Assembly: GCA_040876885.1 (NCBI GenBank)
Contig: JBBDOU010000005.1
Coordinates: 38,620 to 93,203 of the forward strand
DNA length: 54,584 nt
DNA from: Minisyncoccota bacterium
GTDB taxonomy: Bacteria > Patescibacteriota > Minisyncoccia > Phycocordibacterales > JABMNX01
Reading direction: 5' to 3'
Part shown: piece by piece, positions 24,867 through 34,990 of the stretch
Position numbering within the stretch: the stretch's first letter is position 1
Layout of the letters: each line of letters starts with the position of its first letter
Translations under genes and position numbers: made by a program
The notes under the pieces: model-generated
What the model was told of the DNA's origin: nothing
Seen by the model: the letters and a program-made list of their open reading frames with translations, nothing else
The model's database searches: none

Positions 24867-25777
24867 GAGTGCTCATGATAACAGGAGATAGGAATATATT
24901 CGATGTCAACACGGAAGCTCGTGCTCGTCTTGGTCTCCAGCGAGGAGTTGTTGAAAAACTTACTCCTGTATTTTGGGGTAAGGGCAGTCTGTTGCCAAAG
25001 ATTTCAAATGATATATTCGATGTAATAACCGTCCAAGACCCATTCTGGCGCGGGCTCTTTGCTTTGTATGTCGCGCGACAAAGAAACATTCGTCTTAATG
25101 TGCAAGTACACGCAGACCTTTCTGCGCAAACGTTTTTGAGGCGAGTAATAGCTAAAATAGTCCTCCGTCATGCTGATTCGGTGCGTGTTGTGTCCAAGAA
25201 GATAAGAGAGCAGGTGCTCAGTATCAGTACAAAAGTACCAGTTTATGTGCTTCCAGTATTTATAGATATTCAGAGGTTTCGTGAAGTTACACCTGTTCTT
25301 CATACGCAAAAGACAATTCTTTGGATAGGGAGGTTTGAAGATGAAAAAAATCCAAAAGCGGCGATTGATTTACTTGAATCAGTTCAAAAAACTGGCCTTG
25401 ACGTGGCGTTAGTGTTACTCGGTGCGGGGAGCAAGAAAGAATCATTACGCGAACGTGCACATAATCTGAAGAATGTTTCTTTCGAGGGCTGGCAGGACCC
25501 ACTGCGCTACCTTGCTCATGCAGATGTTGTATTATGTACCTCTAAACATGAAAGTTGGGGTGCAAGTATTATCGAGGCGCTTGCCGCAGGCGTGCCGGTT
25601 GTTGCGCCAGACGTAGGTATTGCAAAAGAGGCGGGCGCGTTTGTTGTACCGCGAGAAAACCTAACCTCAGAGGTTATTAGGGTACTGCACTCTGGAGTAC
25701 GCGGAGAGCTCAATGCTGAAGTACTCCCGTACACTTCAGCCGAGGAATGGGCAAATAAATGGAAAGAAACACTATGA
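24863..25777 (+). CDS. Glycosyltransferase, GT4-like (short)
   Basis: ATGA overlap with the upstream gene. CTSKHESWGASIIEALAAGVPVVAPDVG. Confidence 0.7.
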   Translation: MRVLMITGDRNIFDVNTEARARLGLQRGVVEKLTPVFWGKGSLLPKISNDIFDVITVQDPFWRGLFALYVARQRNIRLNVQVHADLSAQTFLRRVIAKIVLRHADSVRVVSKKIREQVLSISTKVPVYVLPVFIDIQRFREVTPVLHTQKTILWIGRFEDEKNPKAAIDLLESVQKTGLDVALVLLGAGSKKESLRERAHNLKNVSFEGWQDPLRYLAHADVVLCTSKHESWGASIIEALAAGVPVVAPDVGIAKEAGAFVVPRENLTSEVIRVLHSGVRGELNAEVLPYTSAEEWANKWKETL

Positions 25778-26829
25778 AGCTTTTAATAATTACACAAAAA
25801 GTAGATAAGAATGACCCTGTATTAGGTTTCTTTCACAGGTGGGTTGAGGTGTTTGCAGAGAAGTATGAAAGTATTATTGTTATATGTCTTGAGAAGGGTG
25901 AGTATAGCTTACCGAAACATGTGACTGTAATTTCTCTTGGTAAAGAAGAAGGAGTCTCGCGGTTAGTGTATATACTGAGGTTTTACAGGTATATTATTTC
26001 CTATAGAAACTCATATTCAGCAGTCTTTGTTCATATGAATCAAGAGTATATTCTTCTTGGTGCAATGTTTTGGAAAATGTTTAAGAAGGGAACTATTTTA
26101 TGGAGGAATCATGCGCAAGGAAATATCATGACCCGGATTGCTGTATGGTGTTCTGATATTGTTTTGACGACGTCACCTCAGTCGTTTACCGCTCGATTTA
26201 AAAAAACAAAGATGATGCCTGTCGGTATAGACACAAGTCTCTTTGAACCAAACCTTGAGGTGCATAAGAAGCCTCAATCAATCTTGTTCCTTGGGCGTAT
26301 TGCACCAGTTAAGAATGTCGACGTCTTCATCGAGGCGCTTAAGCTTTTGAAAAATAATGGAGTTGTATTTACGGCAACCATAGCAGGGAGTTCACTACCT
26401 AGAGATGCAGAGTATGAACACATGCTTCGTAAGAAGGTTGAATTATACCAACTTAATAAAGAGATAAACTTTACGGGGTCTGTGACTCAGTCAGAAGCGC
26501 GTACACTTTACCATGAGCACGAGATATACGTGAACCTAACCCCTTCGGGAAGTCTTGATAAGACTATTTTTGAGTCGTTAGCTTCTGGGCTCGTTACTGT
26601 AACTGCAAACAATTTTTTAAAAGATGTATTACCCGCAGGGTGGTTTATAGGAGACATTGAGAGTGCTCAATGCATTGCGGACGTTTTGAAGAATGTACTC
26701 GTTCAAGAAAGTCCGCGTAATATTAAAGACATTGAAGGTATCGCAGGATTTATTGAGAAACACAGGCTGCATTCGTTAACGCAAGAGCTTTTAGCTTGTA
26801 GTGTTGCTGTTTCTAAAGAAAAACAATGA
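25774..26829 (+). CDS. Glycosyltransferase, GT-B fold (GT4-like)
   Basis: Trimmed from ORF 25759 to the ATGA-overlap start. MKLLIITQKVDKNDPVLGFFHRWV. VNLTPSGSLDKTIFESLASGLVTV. Confidence 0.6.
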   Translation: MKLLIITQKVDKNDPVLGFFHRWVEVFAEKYESIIVICLEKGEYSLPKHVTVISLGKEEGVSRLVYILRFYRYIISYRNSYSAVFVHMNQEYILLGAMFWKMFKKGTILWRNHAQGNIMTRIAVWCSDIVLTTSPQSFTARFKKTKMMPVGIDTSLFEPNLEVHKKPQSILFLGRIAPVKNVDVFIEALKLLKNNGVVFTATIAGSSLPRDAEYEHMLRKKVELYQLNKEINFTGSVTQSEARTLYHEHEIYVNLTPSGSLDKTIFESLASGLVTVTANNFLKDVLPAGWFIGDIESAQCIADVLKNVLVQESPRNIKDIEGIAGFIEKHRLHSLTQELLACSVAVSKEKQ

Positions 26830-27938
26830 AACTTATTTATATTACATCAAAGAAATTCCCATCGAGGAAGACTGACCCATTTTATGTACAGTCAATGGCA
26901 GAAGCATTCTCGCGCTTGCGAGGTGAAGATTTTTTGTTTTTTATGAGAGGAAATGTTCCTGATGAGTTTAAAGAAATACAGACTAGCTCAATAAGTACAC
27001 CAAGGCGTTTTAGGGTATTTTTTTACTTTATTGCTCTGCCGATTCTTGTTTTTGTACGGAAGTGGAATACGAAAGAGGTCGCTTTCCTGTCGTATGACCC
27101 GTATCTATTGTCTATATTAATATTCTGGCGTAGTATTTTTAGATTTAAATACATCATTTGCTCTGATTGGCATCAAATGTTTGATGATTGGAGAGACTCC
27201 TATGTTTCAAAGCACAGCGACTATTTAATAACTACATCAAAAAGACTCAAGGGTTTAATTTCTTCTGCATGTAATATTGATCCCGAAAAAATTCTTGTTG
27301 CGTATGGGGGCGTTAACCCAGCTCCCTTTATCGAACAGTCAAAGGAGGATAAAGAAGGTCGTCGAGTGAGATTAGGGTTACCAACGGACACATTCCTTGT
27401 TGGTTATGTTGGCGCCTTTCGAAGTATTGGGACCATGGAAAAAGGTCTTGATACAATGATACAAGCACTGCCGTATGTTGAGGGACCTATACGTATGGTT
27501 TTTGTCGGTGGTTCGAAACAACAAATTGACGAATACAAGAAACTTGCTAGCAGTATTGGGGTTTTGGGCAAGTGTATTTTTGTTGAGAAGCAACCGTTCA
27601 AAAATGTTATTGCGTACGAGCTATCAATGGATGTGCTCGTTATACCGTATCCGGACAAACATCATTTCAGAGATTATGGTTTTCCAATGAAAGTGTGGGA
27701 ATATATGGCGTCAGGGCGCTCAATTGTATATTCAAATCTTGAGATCATAAAAGAAGTTTTAGGGGGGAGAGGGACCTCATTTCAACCCGATAACCTTCAG
27801 AGTTTAGCAAGATCTATTTTAACGGTATACCAGAACTTTTCTTCTGCAGAGGATATTGCTTGTGAGAACCCTAAGGCCATCAGTGCATATACATGGGAGG
27901 CTCGCGCAAAGAGTATAGTAAGCTTTATAGAAAAATAA
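26826..27938 (+). CDS. Glycosyltransferase, GT-B fold (GT4-like)
   Basis: ATGA overlap. VIPYPDKHHFRDYGFPMKVWEYMASGRSIVYSNL. Confidence 0.6.
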   Translation: MKLIYITSKKFPSRKTDPFYVQSMAEAFSRLRGEDFLFFMRGNVPDEFKEIQTSSISTPRRFRVFFYFIALPILVFVRKWNTKEVAFLSYDPYLLSILIFWRSIFRFKYIICSDWHQMFDDWRDSYVSKHSDYLITTSKRLKGLISSACNIDPEKILVAYGGVNPAPFIEQSKEDKEGRRVRLGLPTDTFLVGYVGAFRSIGTMEKGLDTMIQALPYVEGPIRMVFVGGSKQQIDEYKKLASSIGVLGKCIFVEKQPFKNVIAYELSMDVLVIPYPDKHHFRDYGFPMKVWEYMASGRSIVYSNLEIIKEVLGGRGTSFQPDNLQSLARSILTVYQNFSSAEDIACENPKAISAYTWEARAKSIVSFIEK

Positions 27939-27939
27939 T

Positions 27940-29769
27940 ATGTGCGGTATATCAGGGTTTAATTGGAAAGATGAAGAAAAGATTACGTCAATGATGCAAT
28001 CTCTTTCTCACCGGGGGCCAGATGCAGATGGTATATTTGTCGATGAAAATGTTTCACTCGCGCACAACCGATTAAGTATTATAGATCTCTCGGCGGACGC
28101 GAATCAGCCGATGTTTGATAATACAGGCGAGCTCGCAGTCGTCTTTAATGGAGAGATATACAACTTTCGTGAGTTAAAAAAAGAGTTAGAAGAAGTATAT
28201 GAATTCAAGACAAGGAGTGACACAGAAGTAATCCTTGCAGGCTATACCGTGTGGGGAAAAGATGTGGTCCGTAGACTCAATGGCATGTTTGGCTTTGCAA
28301 TATGGGATAAGCGCTCTGGGGAACTTTTCTGTGCGCGAGACCATGCTGGGATTAAACCTTTTTATTACTTTTGGGATGGAGCACGTTTTATATTTGCTTC
28401 TGAAATAAAAGCTATCCTTAAGCATGATATGGAGCGCACAATTAACCCTGACGCTTTTAATCATTACATGCGCGTGTTATATGTTCCAGAGCCTATGACG
28501 ATGATAAAGAATATTTACAAACTACCCCCCCAAAGCACATTAATACTAAAAAAGAAGAAATTATCGGTGTCCTCCTATGAGTCTTTGGTAAATGAAGTAG
28601 CTCCGCGGTCATATGCGGAGACAAAAGATCTTTTGCGTGACAAAGTTATCAAGGCCGTCGAAAGACAGCTTGTCTCAGATGTTCCTATAGGAGTGTATCT
28701 ATCAGGAGGTATCGACTCAAGTGCGGTTCTGTATTCTATGACGCAGTTCCATAAAAATATCGAAACATTCTCAGTTGGCTTCACTCTTAGTGAAGAAGAA
28801 CAAAGCGAGAAATTCAACAAAGACTTTGAACTTGCAAAAAAGACGGCTGATTTTTTTAGTGCCAAGCATAACGAGGTTTTAGTGTCAGCTCAAGATGTAT
28901 GTAATAACTTTGAAGAAGCTGTTGGTCAGTGCGACGACCCCGTTTCAAACCCGACTTCTGTAGCAATGTTTCTTCTTGCAAAACAAGCAAAAGAAAAAGT
29001 AAGCGTGGTGCTTACAGGAAGTGGGGGGGATGAGCTCTTTGGAGGATACGAGCGGTATCGCCTTGCGTTAATAGCTGACTACTATAAAAAACTACCAAAG
29101 GTGTTACGTGCTGTGTTCAATATGTATACAAAGGTCTCAAAACTTGACTATCAAAACCAGATAGATTTTTTTGCTCAGGTTATGTTTGAGAAAGACAAAA
29201 CTCTTTCAAAGGTAGTGTCTTCCTCAATATTTATAGAAGACGCCCATAGTAAAAAATATTTTAATGAGCAGTATCTCTCTCGTTGCGGGAATGACTCAGC
29301 AGCATGTTTTATGGAGACTGACCAAAAGAGCTGGCTTCCTGACTACTTTTTTATGCTTTCTGATAAAATGTCTATGGCAAGTGCACTTGAGGAGCGCGTT
29401 CCATTTGTAGACAAAGAGCTGGTGAATTTTTCTAAAACCATTCCCACTCGATATAAAGTAGATTTTTTTAAGACAAAGAAGATATTAAAAGACGCATTTC
29501 AAGCTGATTTACCTGAGTTTCTCTTTAATCAGCCGAAACGAGGGTGGTTTTCCCCCGGAGCAAAGTGGCTCCGTGACCCAGCTTTCGCAGACTTCGCGAG
29601 AGGGGTTCTATCTTCTGATTATTATCAAGGGACCAAAGATTTGTTTAATTGGCCTGAGATTGAAATCATGCTTGAAAAACACATCAAGAAAAAAGAGTAT
29701 AATTTAACAACACTCTGGGCACTACTTACATTTCAAGTATGGGCGAAAAAATATCAAGTAACATTATGA
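27940..29769 (+). CDS. asnB: Asparagine synthase (glutamine-hydrolysing)-family amidotransferase
   Basis: N-terminal nucleophile MCGISGF. HRGPD. PP-loop SGGIDSS. GSGGDELFGGY. Confidence 0.85.
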   Translation: MCGISGFNWKDEEKITSMMQSLSHRGPDADGIFVDENVSLAHNRLSIIDLSADANQPMFDNTGELAVVFNGEIYNFRELKKELEEVYEFKTRSDTEVILAGYTVWGKDVVRRLNGMFGFAIWDKRSGELFCARDHAGIKPFYYFWDGARFIFASEIKAILKHDMERTINPDAFNHYMRVLYVPEPMTMIKNIYKLPPQSTLILKKKKLSVSSYESLVNEVAPRSYAETKDLLRDKVIKAVERQLVSDVPIGVYLSGGIDSSAVLYSMTQFHKNIETFSVGFTLSEEEQSEKFNKDFELAKKTADFFSAKHNEVLVSAQDVCNNFEEAVGQCDDPVSNPTSVAMFLLAKQAKEKVSVVLTGSGGDELFGGYERYRLALIADYYKKLPKVLRAVFNMYTKVSKLDYQNQIDFFAQVMFEKDKTLSKVVSSSIFIEDAHSKKYFNEQYLSRCGNDSAACFMETDQKSWLPDYFFMLSDKMSMASALEERVPFVDKELVNFSKTIPTRYKVDFFKTKKILKDAFQADLPEFLFNQPKRGWFSPGAKWLRDPAFADFARGVLSSDYYQGTKDLFNWPEIEIMLEKHIKKKEYNLTTLWALLTFQVWAKKYQVTL

Positions 29770-30710
29770 ATATAGAAAGAAAAAGACAGCATATTCTCGA
29801 TTCCTTCTTTATCTCAGTATCGAAATATAAAGAAGTAATACGGTACGCATCTGCCCAAAAGAATGTAATATTCCGGGTCGCTTATAATATACATAGGTTC
29901 GGGACTCGATATGTGTTCTACCACAGCTCAAGATTAAGGATTCCTATTTTTGTAGAGCACATCCATGCCACACTTTTTTTTGGAAGGGGTATGCTATTAC
30001 CAGCGAGAGATATTGGTGGAAGTGTACTTTCTATGTACGGGATATCGCCACATAAAAGTGAACGAAGGTTGACTCTTTGGTTGATAAAGAATCTGAAAGA
30101 ATCTGATATTTTCTATGACGTGGGTGCGCATCTGGGTTACTACACAGCGCTTTCTGAGGAGTTGGTGATGGATGGTGAAGTGCATGCGTTTGAAGCTAAT
30201 AAATATCTTTGCACGTATCTTGAGAAGAATTTTCTTAAGTCGTCTTGCGTGCATGTGTCTCGTAGTGCGGTTGCTGACCATATTGGAGAGGTTGATTTTT
30301 ATGACGCTTCTGACACAGATGATAGCTCTACAAGCTCACGATTCCATCTTTCACAGAGTTCTATTACCCCATCAAAAGTCACCGCAATCACTCTTGATGA
30401 GTATGTTCGTTTGGGAAATATTCCACCGACAGTACTAAAACTTGATATCGAAGGAGGAGAGTCTGACGCGATACTCGGCGCATTAGAGGTAATCAAGATA
30501 TATAAACCACGTATTGCTATGGATGTGTGGGGTGGAGATATGGGTAGAAAATATTCTAGTCCCGCAGTAAAGAAACTTCAGGACTATGGATACCAGGCAT
30601 TTGCTTTAGATGGGAATGGTGATATCTCAAAAGAGTCCATTGCGGATCCGGTCATGAGTATCTCGGATACGTCAGAGGGAGCAAGGGGTAACTTCGTATT
30701 TTTAATATAA
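29766..30710 (+). CDS. FkbM-family methyltransferase
   Basis: Trimmed from ORF 29739 to the ATGA-overlap start. FYDVGAHLGYYT, VHAFEAN, LKLDIEGGE. Confidence 0.65.
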   Translation: MNIERKRQHILDSFFISVSKYKEVIRYASAQKNVIFRVAYNIHRFGTRYVFYHSSRLRIPIFVEHIHATLFFGRGMLLPARDIGGSVLSMYGISPHKSERRLTLWLIKNLKESDIFYDVGAHLGYYTALSEELVMDGEVHAFEANKYLCTYLEKNFLKSSCVHVSRSAVADHIGEVDFYDASDTDDSSTSSRFHLSQSSITPSKVTAITLDEYVRLGNIPPTVLKLDIEGGESDAILGALEVIKIYKPRIAMDVWGGDMGRKYSSPAVKKLQDYGYQAFALDGNGDISKESIADPVMSISDTSEGARGNFVFLI

Positions 30711-31318
30711 TGAATAAATCCTTCTACAAAGAAAATCTCAGGAAACTGTTTACTGAATCAAAGGAAGTAATAGACATTGGCGGAGGTCTAAGGATTTCAA
30801 ATAAAAAGGGGAATTGGTTTTCAGATGACAACAATTGGATGAGTCCTCTCCTAAAAGATGTTGAGTACAAAATCATGGACCCTGTTGATACGTATCATCC
30901 AGATATCATTGGTGATATTCATCACATGCCATTCCCAGATAATTCAATTGATGCGATAGTGTGTATCTCAGTACTAGAACATGTTGAGGACCCCATACGC
31001 GCCGCCGAGGACGTCTTCCGAGTCATTAAACCTGGAGGTTTTTGTTTTATCTATGTACCTTTTCTTTTTTATTATCACGCAGAAAAGGGTTATTATGGGG
31101 ATTTCTGGAGGTTCACTGAAGATTCAATTAGGTATATGTTTAAAGATTTTTCAGATATGAAAATAAAGCATGCGCGTGGTGCTATAGAAACATGGATTAA
31201 GTTGAGTCCTTTTGGGCGGGTAACACTTATCATGGGTCTTGCCCGGCTTCTTGACCGAATCACAGGAAAAAAATCGAGTAAACAAACAAGCGGGTTTTAC
31301 GTTATGCTTACTAAATAA
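30710..31318 (+). CDS. Class I SAM-dependent methyltransferase (type 11-like)
   Basis: VIDIGGG. SIDAIVCISVLEHVEDPIRAAEDVFRVIKPGG. Confidence 0.7.
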   Translation: MNKSFYKENLRKLFTESKEVIDIGGGLRISNKKGNWFSDDNNWMSPLLKDVEYKIMDPVDTYHPDIIGDIHHMPFPDNSIDAIVCISVLEHVEDPIRAAEDVFRVIKPGGFCFIYVPFLFYYHAEKGYYGDFWRFTEDSIRYMFKDFSDMKIKHARGAIETWIKLSPFGRVTLIMGLARLLDRITGKKSSKQTSGFYVMLTK

Positions 31319-31320
31319 TC

Positions 31321-32388
31321 ATGAAGATTCTTTATCTCGCAAACATACGAATACCAACAGAAAAAGCGCACGGGATTCAAATAATGAAGATGTGTGAAGC
31401 TTTTGGTGACCATGGAATAGAGGTTGAGCTTGTTGTCCCGTGGAGGTTCAATCATCTTAAAGAGGATGCGTTCTCTTATTATGGAGTCAAGAAGAATTTT
31501 AAAATAAAGAAAGTCTTTTCACTAGACTTGGTCAGGTTTGGGAAGGTTGGTTTCTTGGTACAGTCTATTTCATTTGCAATCTCTTCTTCTTTTTATTCAA
31601 TCATTAAAAAAAGAGATGCCTTCTATTCTAGAGATGAGTTACCAATATGGCCCCTTACTTTTTTAAGAAAGAATGTCGTGTATGAAGCACATATGCCGAG
31701 ATATAACTTCATGGTAAAGAGGTTCACTAAAATAGTCGCCATAAGCAATGGTCTTAAGAAATTTTATATAGACAATGAAATATCAAGCAATAGGATTTTA
31801 GTCGCACATGATGGAGTGGATGTAGAGGATTTTAATGTAACGGTTAATAAAGAAGACTTGGCTTCTAAGTTAGGAATTCCATTAGAAAAGCCTGTGGTAA
31901 TGTATCTTGGTCGCCTCGACCCATGGAAGGGTGTCGAGACTTTACTTCAAGCCTCTCGGCTACTTCCTAATGTAACGGTAGTTGTTGCTGGAGAAGGTAG
32001 TCAGTTAAGAGAATTCAAGATAAATTACCCAAATGTAATATTTCTTGGAGGTACACTTTATAGAGATTTACCATATAATCAAAAAGTAGCTGACGTTTTG
32101 GTAATACCAAACTCAGCAAAAAGTGATGTGTCACGTCTCTACACGTCACCGCTTAAGGTATTTGCGCACATGGCGTCAGGGGTTCCGATAGTTGCTTCTG
32201 ATTTACCGAGCATACGAGAGGTCCTCAATGAGTCCTGTGCTTATTTTTTTGAACCAGATAATAGTGAAAGCCTCAAGGAGGCTCTTGGCAGAGCACTTGT
32301 CGGAGGAGATAAGAAAGGAGGACTCAACATTGCCTCCACATATTCTTGGAAGAACAGAGCAGAAAAGATAATTACATTTACACAATGA
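31321..32388 (+). CDS. Glycosyltransferase, GT4 family
   Basis: MKILYLANIRIPTEKAHGIQ. IPNSAKSDVSRLYTSPLKVFAHMASGVPIVASDLPSIREV. Confidence 0.7.
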   Translation: MKILYLANIRIPTEKAHGIQIMKMCEAFGDHGIEVELVVPWRFNHLKEDAFSYYGVKKNFKIKKVFSLDLVRFGKVGFLVQSISFAISSSFYSIIKKRDAFYSRDELPIWPLTFLRKNVVYEAHMPRYNFMVKRFTKIVAISNGLKKFYIDNEISSNRILVAHDGVDVEDFNVTVNKEDLASKLGIPLEKPVVMYLGRLDPWKGVETLLQASRLLPNVTVVVAGEGSQLREFKINYPNVIFLGGTLYRDLPYNQKVADVLVIPNSAKSDVSRLYTSPLKVFAHMASGVPIVASDLPSIREVLNESCAYFFEPDNSESLKEALGRALVGGDKKGGLNIASTYSWKNRAEKIITFTQ

Positions 32389-33512
32389 ACCAAAGAATAA
32401 AAATCTTATACTTCCTCGTGTTATCTTCTTGTTATTTTTTTACACACGGTAAAGCAAAAAAAGAAGTGGGGAGTCCGCGAAGTATATTGATTCTCCAAAA
32501 TGCTAAATTAGGAGATATGGTATGCACGACTCCTATGTTTCGTGCCGTTAAAGATAAATATCCGAACGCACAGGTTACTGTTTTGGGTAATAAAATCAAT
32601 CAAAAGCTCTTAGAAGGGAATACTGATGTTGATGATTATATCGTATACAACGAGGACAATACGTACTCCATGATAGTAGAGGTAAAAAAGAGAAATCCAG
32701 ATTTTGCCTGTATCACAAGCCCTGACTCAATAAATCTTGCAATCCTGTACCTTGCGGGCATTCCTCTCGTTGTGGCTCCTGTCATTAAGGGTGGTTGGAG
32801 TCCGCTTGAGACAAGGAGTTATAAAATGTTACGAAATCTTGTAGAAGTAAGGACACATACTATGGGGAAGTATGCACCAAGAGAGTATCTGCGACTACTT
32901 GAGCCTATTAATATCTACACAGATGACACGCAGAAGCATCTCGCCTTTTCAAAAGAGGCTGACAGTAACGTGTCCAGATTTTTAAAGGAATATGGCATAC
33001 AAAAGGATGATTTTATTGTCGGTATTTCTCCATCAGCCGGAAACAAGATAAAAGAATGGCCTGTTGACCGATTTGCTGAAGTTGCAGATTATCTTCAGAG
33101 GAATAACAAAAATAAGGCGTTTATCATTGGCGGTCCTGAGGATAGTGGCCTATCTCAAAAGATGAGTCAGTGCATGGACACAGAGGTTCGGGACACCACA
33201 GGTAAGTGGAGTATAGACGAACTTAAAGCATTTATCTCAAAACTAAACCTCTTCATCTCTGTGGACACGGGACCAATCTACATTGCCGAGGCATTTGGTG
33301 TGCCTACGATTGATATAGTCGGACCTATAGATGAGCGTGAACAGCCGCCAATCAACAAAAAACATAAGGTTGTAGTCCCAAAAAGGGAGAAGCCCGAATT
33401 ACATGTTATGAACGCAAGGGTGTATAATCATCGTGAGGTAAGGGTACAAGCAGAGAGCATTTCGGTAGATATGGTTAAGAACGCAGTAAAGGAATTACAG
33501 TATGTCTTGTAA
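32385..33512 (+). CDS. Glycosyltransferase family 9 (heptosyltransferase-like)
   Basis: Trimmed from ORF 32346 to the ATGA-overlap start. ILILQNAKLGDMVCTTPMFRAVKDKYPNAQVTVLG. ISVDTGPIYIAEAFGVPTIDIVGP. Confidence 0.65.
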   Translation: MNQRIKILYFLVLSSCYFFTHGKAKKEVGSPRSILILQNAKLGDMVCTTPMFRAVKDKYPNAQVTVLGNKINQKLLEGNTDVDDYIVYNEDNTYSMIVEVKKRNPDFACITSPDSINLAILYLAGIPLVVAPVIKGGWSPLETRSYKMLRNLVEVRTHTMGKYAPREYLRLLEPINIYTDDTQKHLAFSKEADSNVSRFLKEYGIQKDDFIVGISPSAGNKIKEWPVDRFAEVADYLQRNNKNKAFIIGGPEDSGLSQKMSQCMDTEVRDTTGKWSIDELKAFISKLNLFISVDTGPIYIAEAFGVPTIDIVGPIDEREQPPINKKHKVVVPKREKPELHVMNARVYNHREVRVQAESISVDMVKNAVKELQYVL

Positions 33513-34389
33513 TGTTTGCAACTTAAAAAATAATACCGAGTTAACGCTCAATAGTATAAAGCTATATAAGTGTTTGCAGTGCGGCTTAATGTACCGTCAA
33601 GACTTTGATATTGGCATTGAGTATTATCAAGGGAAAGGGATTAATCTAGGCGAAGGTAAACTGATTGCTCGACTCCGCAATATAAAAGACAGGCTTTACA
33701 CACTTAAAAAATATATCTCATTAAACGATCTTTGCGATGTTGGCACGGGAGAGGGGTTATTCCTTGATGCGTTACAGAAAGGGGGTTGGTTGAATGTTGT
33801 GGGTATTGAGCCCGACAAAAAAGCATCGGAGTTTGCACAGTCAAAAGGTTTTAAAGTGATACGCGGAACGCTGGATGACCTGGGCGTTATTGTGGAGAAA
33901 AAACATATAAAAACAGTGACCCTTTTTCACGTTATTGAGCACCTACAGGACCCAAAGGCAGCAATGGCATATATATATTCTGTACTTCCAGAAGGAGGAT
34001 ATCTTGTTATTGAAACTCCAAATATAGACGGGTATGGCTTTAGAAAAAGCGAGTACGAACACCCGCTTGTGTACCCGGAACATCTATATTATTTCAATGA
34101 GAGTAATCTAAACCTGCTTTTAAAAAAAGTAGGCTTCAAAATTGTTGCGCATGGGAAGCGAGGTTTCGATCAATACAATATGAGCATATGGGAATCCTTG
34201 TTTCGTTTGGGTTTCCTTAAATCTCCATTTCAAACTCAAGACGAGAAAAATTCACTAAACGTGAAGAAAGGAGAAGAGAGAGATGCTTCTAGAGGAATTG
34301 TGCGTGAGGTAGCAAGGAAAGCCCTTAGTGTACTGGTCGTCTGGTTAGGTAGAGTTGACTATCAATGGGTTATTGTCCAGAAAAAATAA
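33502..34389 (+). CDS. Class I SAM-dependent methyltransferase with an N-terminal zinc ribbon
   Basis: CNVC..15..CLQCG. DVGTGEGLF. TLFHVIEHLQDPKAAMAYIYSVLPEGGYLVIETPN. Confidence 0.7.
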   Translation: MSCNVCNLKNNTELTLNSIKLYKCLQCGLMYRQDFDIGIEYYQGKGINLGEGKLIARLRNIKDRLYTLKKYISLNDLCDVGTGEGLFLDALQKGGWLNVVGIEPDKKASEFAQSKGFKVIRGTLDDLGVIVEKKHIKTVTLFHVIEHLQDPKAAMAYIYSVLPEGGYLVIETPNIDGYGFRKSEYEHPLVYPEHLYYFNESNLNLLLKKVGFKIVAHGKRGFDQYNMSIWESLFRLGFLKSPFQTQDEKNSLNVKKGEERDASRGIVREVARKALSVLVVWLGRVDYQWVIVQKK

Positions 34390-34390
34390 T

Positions 34391-34990
34391 ATGATTCCGC
34401 AGATGTCAAAACAGGAAGTTGAAATTATCGAGGGCGCACTTTTATCCTACGGCGCCCATGTTGATGTGCTTGAATGGGGAAGTGGTGGGAGTACGGTATA
34501 TTTTACGGAATTCTTAAAAAAGAAAGGTATTTCATACACCTGGACAAGTATAGAGTACAATAAGATCTGGTATGAACGAATTACAGATATCGTAAAAGAC
34601 GACAAGGGCACATCGGTTGTATTGTTTGATGTTGGTAACACTGACCTAAAGCAGCCTGACGTAGAAACGGACGAATACGTAACATATCCAGCAACACTTA
34701 AAAAACAATATGATTTGATATTTATTGATGGTCGGAAAAGACGTAGGTGTGTATTGGAAGCAAAAAAACTTCTTAAACAAAACGGTGTTGTATTTCTACA
34801 TGATGCACGCAGAACATATTACCACTGTGTTTTCTCTGAGTATGCCGACAGTCGAATACTCCTTTGGACCAGTCTTTGGCAAGGCAAGCTAGAGAACCCA
34901 GGGCTTATCAGGAAAGTCATAAATTGGATGCAGTATTGGTGTTTTAGGGCGTATACATTCTCATTTCGTTTTAGACATAGTTCATTATGA
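34391..34990 (+). CDS. Putative Rossmann-fold (SAM-dependent methyltransferase-like) protein
   Basis: Trimmed from ORF 34355. VLEWGSGGSTVYF, LIFIDGRKRRRC, VVFLHDARR. The family assignment is tentative. Confidence 0.45.
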   Translation: MIPQMSKQEVEIIEGALLSYGAHVDVLEWGSGGSTVYFTEFLKKKGISYTWTSIEYNKIWYERITDIVKDDKGTSVVLFDVGNTDLKQPDVETDEYVTYPATLKKQYDLIFIDGRKRRRCVLEAKKLLKQNGVVFLHDARRTYYHCVFSEYADSRILLWTSLWQGKLENPGLIRKVINWMQYWCFRAYTFSFRFRHSSL